Origin: a virus
Taxonomy: Duplodnaviria > Heunggongvirae > Uroviricota > Caudoviricetes
Reading direction: 5' to 3' (one strand)
DNA length: 64,000 nt
IMG/VR virus record: IMGVR_UViG_3300042868_008486
Location: 44,810-108,809 of that record
This document shows positions 60,542-64,000 of this stretch, piece by piece. The position numbers were made by a program, and so were the translations under genes. The notes under the pieces were generated by a model, which saw nothing but the letters and a program-made list of their open reading frames with translations, made no database searches and had not been told where the DNA came from. Position 1 is the stretch's first letter; each line of letters starts with the position of its first letter.

Positions 60542-60575
60542 AAAGAAAACCCCCAATGTAATGTTGGGGGTTTCA

Positions 60576-61115
60576 TTATTCTATCACATTAAACTCGTCA
60601 ATTTCAACTTGAATACCCGTGTATTTTGTTATATTATCCTTTAGATAATCTTTAATATCGTTAACTATCATATCCCGAATATCCGACCCTTCAGACATAT
60701 CTAACTCCGAATAAAATTCAGATAGTGATGAATCTCTATATGTATATTCTTCTAAGTCATCATCCCAAAACTGAGCATTATATAACTCACCTTCAACATC
60801 CACAGACAATTCAAGTTCGTTCCAATCATTCATTTTACTATCCCAAATCCCAAAAAATAACTCACCATCTAATTGAGATTTGAATGGAATGTTGTTTGGT
60901 AATTTAGAAATTAATTCCTTAGTTTTTTCAATGGCAATTTCCATACCACCATTGTACTCAATTAGATATTCATATAATGATTCATCTAAAAATGGTAATC
61001 TAAACAATTTAAATAAGTCAGGTTCAACGGTAATTTCTTTACCACTTGATTTAAGTTTATCCCAATATCTAAAAATCCCTTTTTTAATATGGTTTTCTGT
61101 TATTATTATTTTCAT
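60576..61115 (-). CDS. MKIIITE-leader protein (start corrected to 61115)
   Basis: MKIIITENHI; similar to 7289. Confidence 0.7.
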   Translation of the reverse strand: MKIIITENHIKKGIFRYWDKLKSSGKEITVEPDLFKLFRLPFLDESLYEYLIEYNGGMEIAIEKTKELISKLPNNIPFKSQLDGELFFGIWDSKMNDWNELELSVDVEGELYNAQFWDDDLEEYTYRDSSLSEFYSELDMSEGSDIRDMIVNDIKDYLKDNITKYTGIQVEIDEFNVIE

Positions 61116-61534
61116 TCTACCCAACCAACTTTAAGACCTGTTTTATCTTGAAACCATTTTTTAAATGTATCTTTCCATTCATAACCATCAAATAATTCAT
61201 CCAAGTCATTATACACCCAACCAGCAATATCCAATTTACTACTCTCAGTATCATCATATGTGAAATAGTCATAAGCATTTCGGTCATTTACAACAAATGA
61301 GAATGAGCCATATCTTTCAACCTCATCTTGATAATAATCTTTATGTTCCCAATTATAATCAGGATAATACTTCTCACTTAAATACTGATAGATATAACCA
61401 GGAACACTATCGTACCCTAATACGGTCGCTAAGGTTTTAAATCCGCCCATTAATTGAGCGGCTTGTTTAACACCTAAATCTTTTATTAATTGATTTAGTT
61501 TTTCGATTTTATTTTCTGTGATTATTATCTTCAT
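61112..61534 (-). CDS. MKIIITE-leader GG-module protein
   Basis: GVKQAAQLMGG. Confidence 0.7.
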   Translation of the reverse strand: MKIIITENKIEKLNQLIKDLGVKQAAQLMGGFKTLATVLGYDSVPGYIYQYLSEKYYPDYNWEHKDYYQDEVERYGSFSFVVNDRNAYDYFTYDDTESSKLDIAGWVYNDLDELFDGYEWKDTFKKWFQDKTGLKVGWVE

Positions 61535-61986
61535 TATAAATAGTATTTTACCATTAAATCAAATATTTGGTTAAATATCTTAGTATTCAATTCATCAAAT
61601 TCTATGTCATAAGCATCATACCCATCTTCATCCACCAACTCATCATTTTCATCAAACTCCCACACCTGAATTGTCGCCCAACCTTGTTTGACACAATCAA
61701 CATAATATTTAAGGTCAGTACCATTATTTGTTTTGTGAGTACCAACTAAAATAAGTTTTTCAGTTAAATCGGACATATAAATCCGTCCATTAACTTTTAA
61801 GTCATCATCAGATTCAATTAACTGATTAAGTAATTCAATTTTATGTTCCTTACTGTCAAAATAATCAGGCAATATACGTTTAAAATTAACATACCCACTC
61901 ATTGACTTAACAACGGTTAACACACTCGTTGTTTGAATCAATCGTTTAAGTTTCTCAATTTTATTTTCATTGATTATTATTTTCAT
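61534..61986 (-). CDS. MKIIINE-leader protein, paralog of 52374/52836
   Basis: RILPDYFDSKEHKIELLN; TATTTAT-N4-ATG. Confidence 0.7.
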   Translation of the reverse strand: MKIIINENKIEKLKRLIQTTSVLTVVKSMSGYVNFKRILPDYFDSKEHKIELLNQLIESDDDLKVNGRIYMSDLTEKLILVGTHKTNNGTDLKYYVDCVKQGWATIQVWEFDENDELVDEDGYDAYDIEFDELNTKIFNQIFDLMVKYYL

Positions 61987-62049
61987 ACCAATAAATATAA
62001 CAAAACCCCAACATTTTTATGCTGAGGTCTTTATTTTGTTAATTATAAT

Positions 62050-62498
62050 TTATTCTTCTGTACTTATATATGATTTAAACTCCAATAAACTTACCACCAT
62101 CCATATTACTGCGGGTATTGGTAAATAATGAATGAATAATGATATTGAAATAACTGCCGATATTAACATTAAACAGAATGAGAATACCTTCCATTCCAAA
62201 TCAAAAAAGATATCAATAAATAGTAAACCAAAGTACAATACAATTAGTTGAAGTATTAGCATCTCAATAACTCTTTGTCAGGATTTAAACTTGGGTAAAG
62301 TATATTACCACCTGATGGTGAATGTATTTCATTTAAAACTTGTTGATGTTTCTCATCACCCATACTTGGGTCAATCTCGTGTTTGAATACAAGATTCAAA
62401 TGTTTTTTAATTAATTGTGTTTCTTTTTCACCAATTTTAATTGGGTTAGCCATTTCAAAAAACCCTTGTAACCAAAACGCAAAATCTCTACTTGTCAT
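62050..62498 (-). other. Two small genes (62050 membrane; 62256 with RDFAFWLQGFFE start)
   Basis: Two TM segments; recurrent phage N-terminal motif. Confidence 0.6.
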
Positions 62499-63210
62499 AT
62501 CTAATAATTTTTATTAAATTATCGGTTAAATCTTTGATATTGTCAAACACCCTGACATTATATTTCTCACAAACAATATCAACATTACCCTTTCTCCAAA
62601 ACCCTTCAGGACAACATACCAACATCTTACCACTTGACGCATATAATCCCAACTCCAATAAAGATATCGGTGATTTAGTGTCAGGTAAAAAATTCATAAC
62701 GATAATATCACTCTTATCTAAACCGTTTAATTCCCAATTAACTTGTTGGTAAAATTGGGGATTCTCAATTGATTGTTCCCAACTTGAATCCCAAGATTCT
62801 CGTCTTGGATTAATAAATGTTACCTTCCAATTATCAACAACCTCATTAACTCTTTCCGATAATTCTGTTTGCCAATCTTCAGCAACACCCATTTCAATTG
62901 AACCACCCAAAAATACTCTAACAGTATCTTTAAATTGGTTTATTGATTGTGGTGGTTTAATTACATTTGTAGACATATTATTATTAAATTTTGTTTGAGT
63001 TATAAATGGTTGATATGGTGTATTGATTTTAGGCATACCATATTTCTTTGGATTAGGGACCATTGTGTTTGCCATTACACAACCACAAATACCTGAACCC
63101 CCATTTATTGGATTACAGGAACACGTAGTACTATATGGAACCATATCATCATTAAGGTAACACATACAAGTCCCATACATATTACATTTATCACATCTAC
63201 TTGCTATCAT
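62488..63210 (-). CDS. Nucleoside 2-deoxyribosyltransferase-like protein with Cys-rich N-terminal extension
   Basis: VFLGGSI....DWQ, NPRR..WD, QVNWEL..L...D, SPISLLELG, FWRKGNV. Confidence 0.85.
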   Translation of the reverse strand: MIASRCDKCNMYGTCMCYLNDDMVPYSTTCSCNPINGGSGICGCVMANTMVPNPKKYGMPKINTPYQPFITQTKFNNNMSTNVIKPPQSINQFKDTVRVFLGGSIEMGVAEDWQTELSERVNEVVDNWKVTFINPRRESWDSSWEQSIENPQFYQQVNWELNGLDKSDIIVMNFLPDTKSPISLLELGLYASSGKMLVCCPEGFWRKGNVDIVCEKYNVRVFDNIKDLTDNLIKIIRYDK

Positions 63211-63217
63211 AATTCAA

Positions 63218-63837
63218 TCACATATCAGTTACTTCAATGGTTAATGGCTCACCGTTAATAATACCGTTAATTTCGTTATCTAACACACCTAAAGGAATAA
63301 ACCTATTAAGTTCACTGACACTCCATCTTAGGTGTCTTAGAATGAGTATTATATTTTTACCAACAATTTGTTGGATATTTTCAATAGATTGTAATGTTTC
63401 ATCTATCGTGTTGGGATTTTCATCATTTGTAACTGATTTTTTGAATGTCCCTTTTGTGTCAACTATATTAACTATCATATATTTTCTAAATCACCTGTTT
63501 TATTTATTGTTATATTAACTTCAATGTGTTGAAGACATTTCTTAGGTACAAAATTAACAAACCCGTTTTCGGATATAACAAATTCACCAATGTCGTGTTT
63601 AAAACTAATTGGAAAATCTCTTTTATACATTGGAACATTCGATAAATATTCATTTAACGCAACATCCAAATCAGATTGTATCTTCATCAATAACGTCTCT
63701 TCAAGTTCCGAACCAACATAACTATCCAATACTTTTATTGCTTCAGTTTTAAACCCCTCTTCACCGGTAATTTTATCCATAAACTTTGAATACTCATCGT
63801 CGGATGGTAACTCAATTTCATCTTTCCAATCATTCAT
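63218..63837 (-). other. Two hypothetical genes (63218-63478, 63475-63837)
   Basis: ATGA-type overlap. Confidence 0.55.
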
Positions 63838-64000
63838 AATTGTTACTTAGGTTTAAGATTTTCCTAATCTTATTATCGTTTATTTTTGTGGGTAAACCAC
63901 TCAAGTATTTAATACATTGGGGTCTAGTTAAATTAGAAAATGTGGACTCAGGCCATTCACCCGATGTCTCATCCCATTTATCATAATCAACATTTTTCCA
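63830..64000 (-). CDS. 3' end of a gene truncated by the window edge
   Basis: Open frame WKNVDYDKW...SNNYE-TGA overlapping the 63837 start. Confidence 0.55.
   Translation of the reverse strand, partial: WKNVDYDKWDETSGEWPESTFSNLTRPQCIKYLSGLPTKINDNKIRKILNLSNNYE

Noticed and set aside
61643-61656. 14-nt match (tcattttcatcaaa) to the spacer at 32598-32627
   Set aside because: Too short and AT-rich to indicate self-targeting; no full protospacer was seen by eye in the window
1-64000. Stop-codon reassignment
   Set aside because: Known enzymes are intact in the standard code and genes end in TAA, TAG and TGA; only one in-frame stop anomaly (26597) was seen

Overview
Very AT-rich, densely coding, mostly minus-strand segment of a large lytic phage genome, most likely a jumbo myophage infecting Bacteroidota. 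Host inference rests on many TAnnTTTG -7 promoters, no obvious Shine-Dalgarno sites, and DUF2452-like and SusC-N-domain-like genes. No terminase, portal, polymerase, integrase, cas, rRNA or tRNA genes were recognised. Recognisable enzymes: ThyA with three insertions, DHFR, secreted non-specific nuclease, two glycosyltransferases, ParB-like protein, flavodoxin-fold protein, HNH, an operon of BKACE + hexapeptide acyltransferase + short DegT aminotransferase + GT, HD phosphohydrolase, HAD, Sir2/CobB, 3D-domain protein, nucleoside deoxyribosyltransferase-like protein, and a small holin with an adjacent lipoprotein. Two regulatory classes are visible. Putative late genes have TATTTAT-N4-ATG and share N-terminal leaders ending in I/L-x-E. 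Putative early gene blocks are separated by a near-identical 37-bp hairpin+promoter cassette. A ~2-kb mostly non-coding region (22.2-24.1 kb) holds G-tracts, DnaA-box-like motifs and TGACA-N3-TGTCA palindromes next to the ParB-like gene. The most striking signal is a CRISPR-like array at 32430-32990 (36-nt hairpin repeats, 30-nt unique spacers, type VI-B/Cas13b-like geometry) read in frame as the C-terminal two thirds of a protein. A second mini-array (12699-12799) and solitary repeat-like ends occur in paralogous genes, with no cas gene in the window. All family assignments come from motif recognition by eye; no database search was run.
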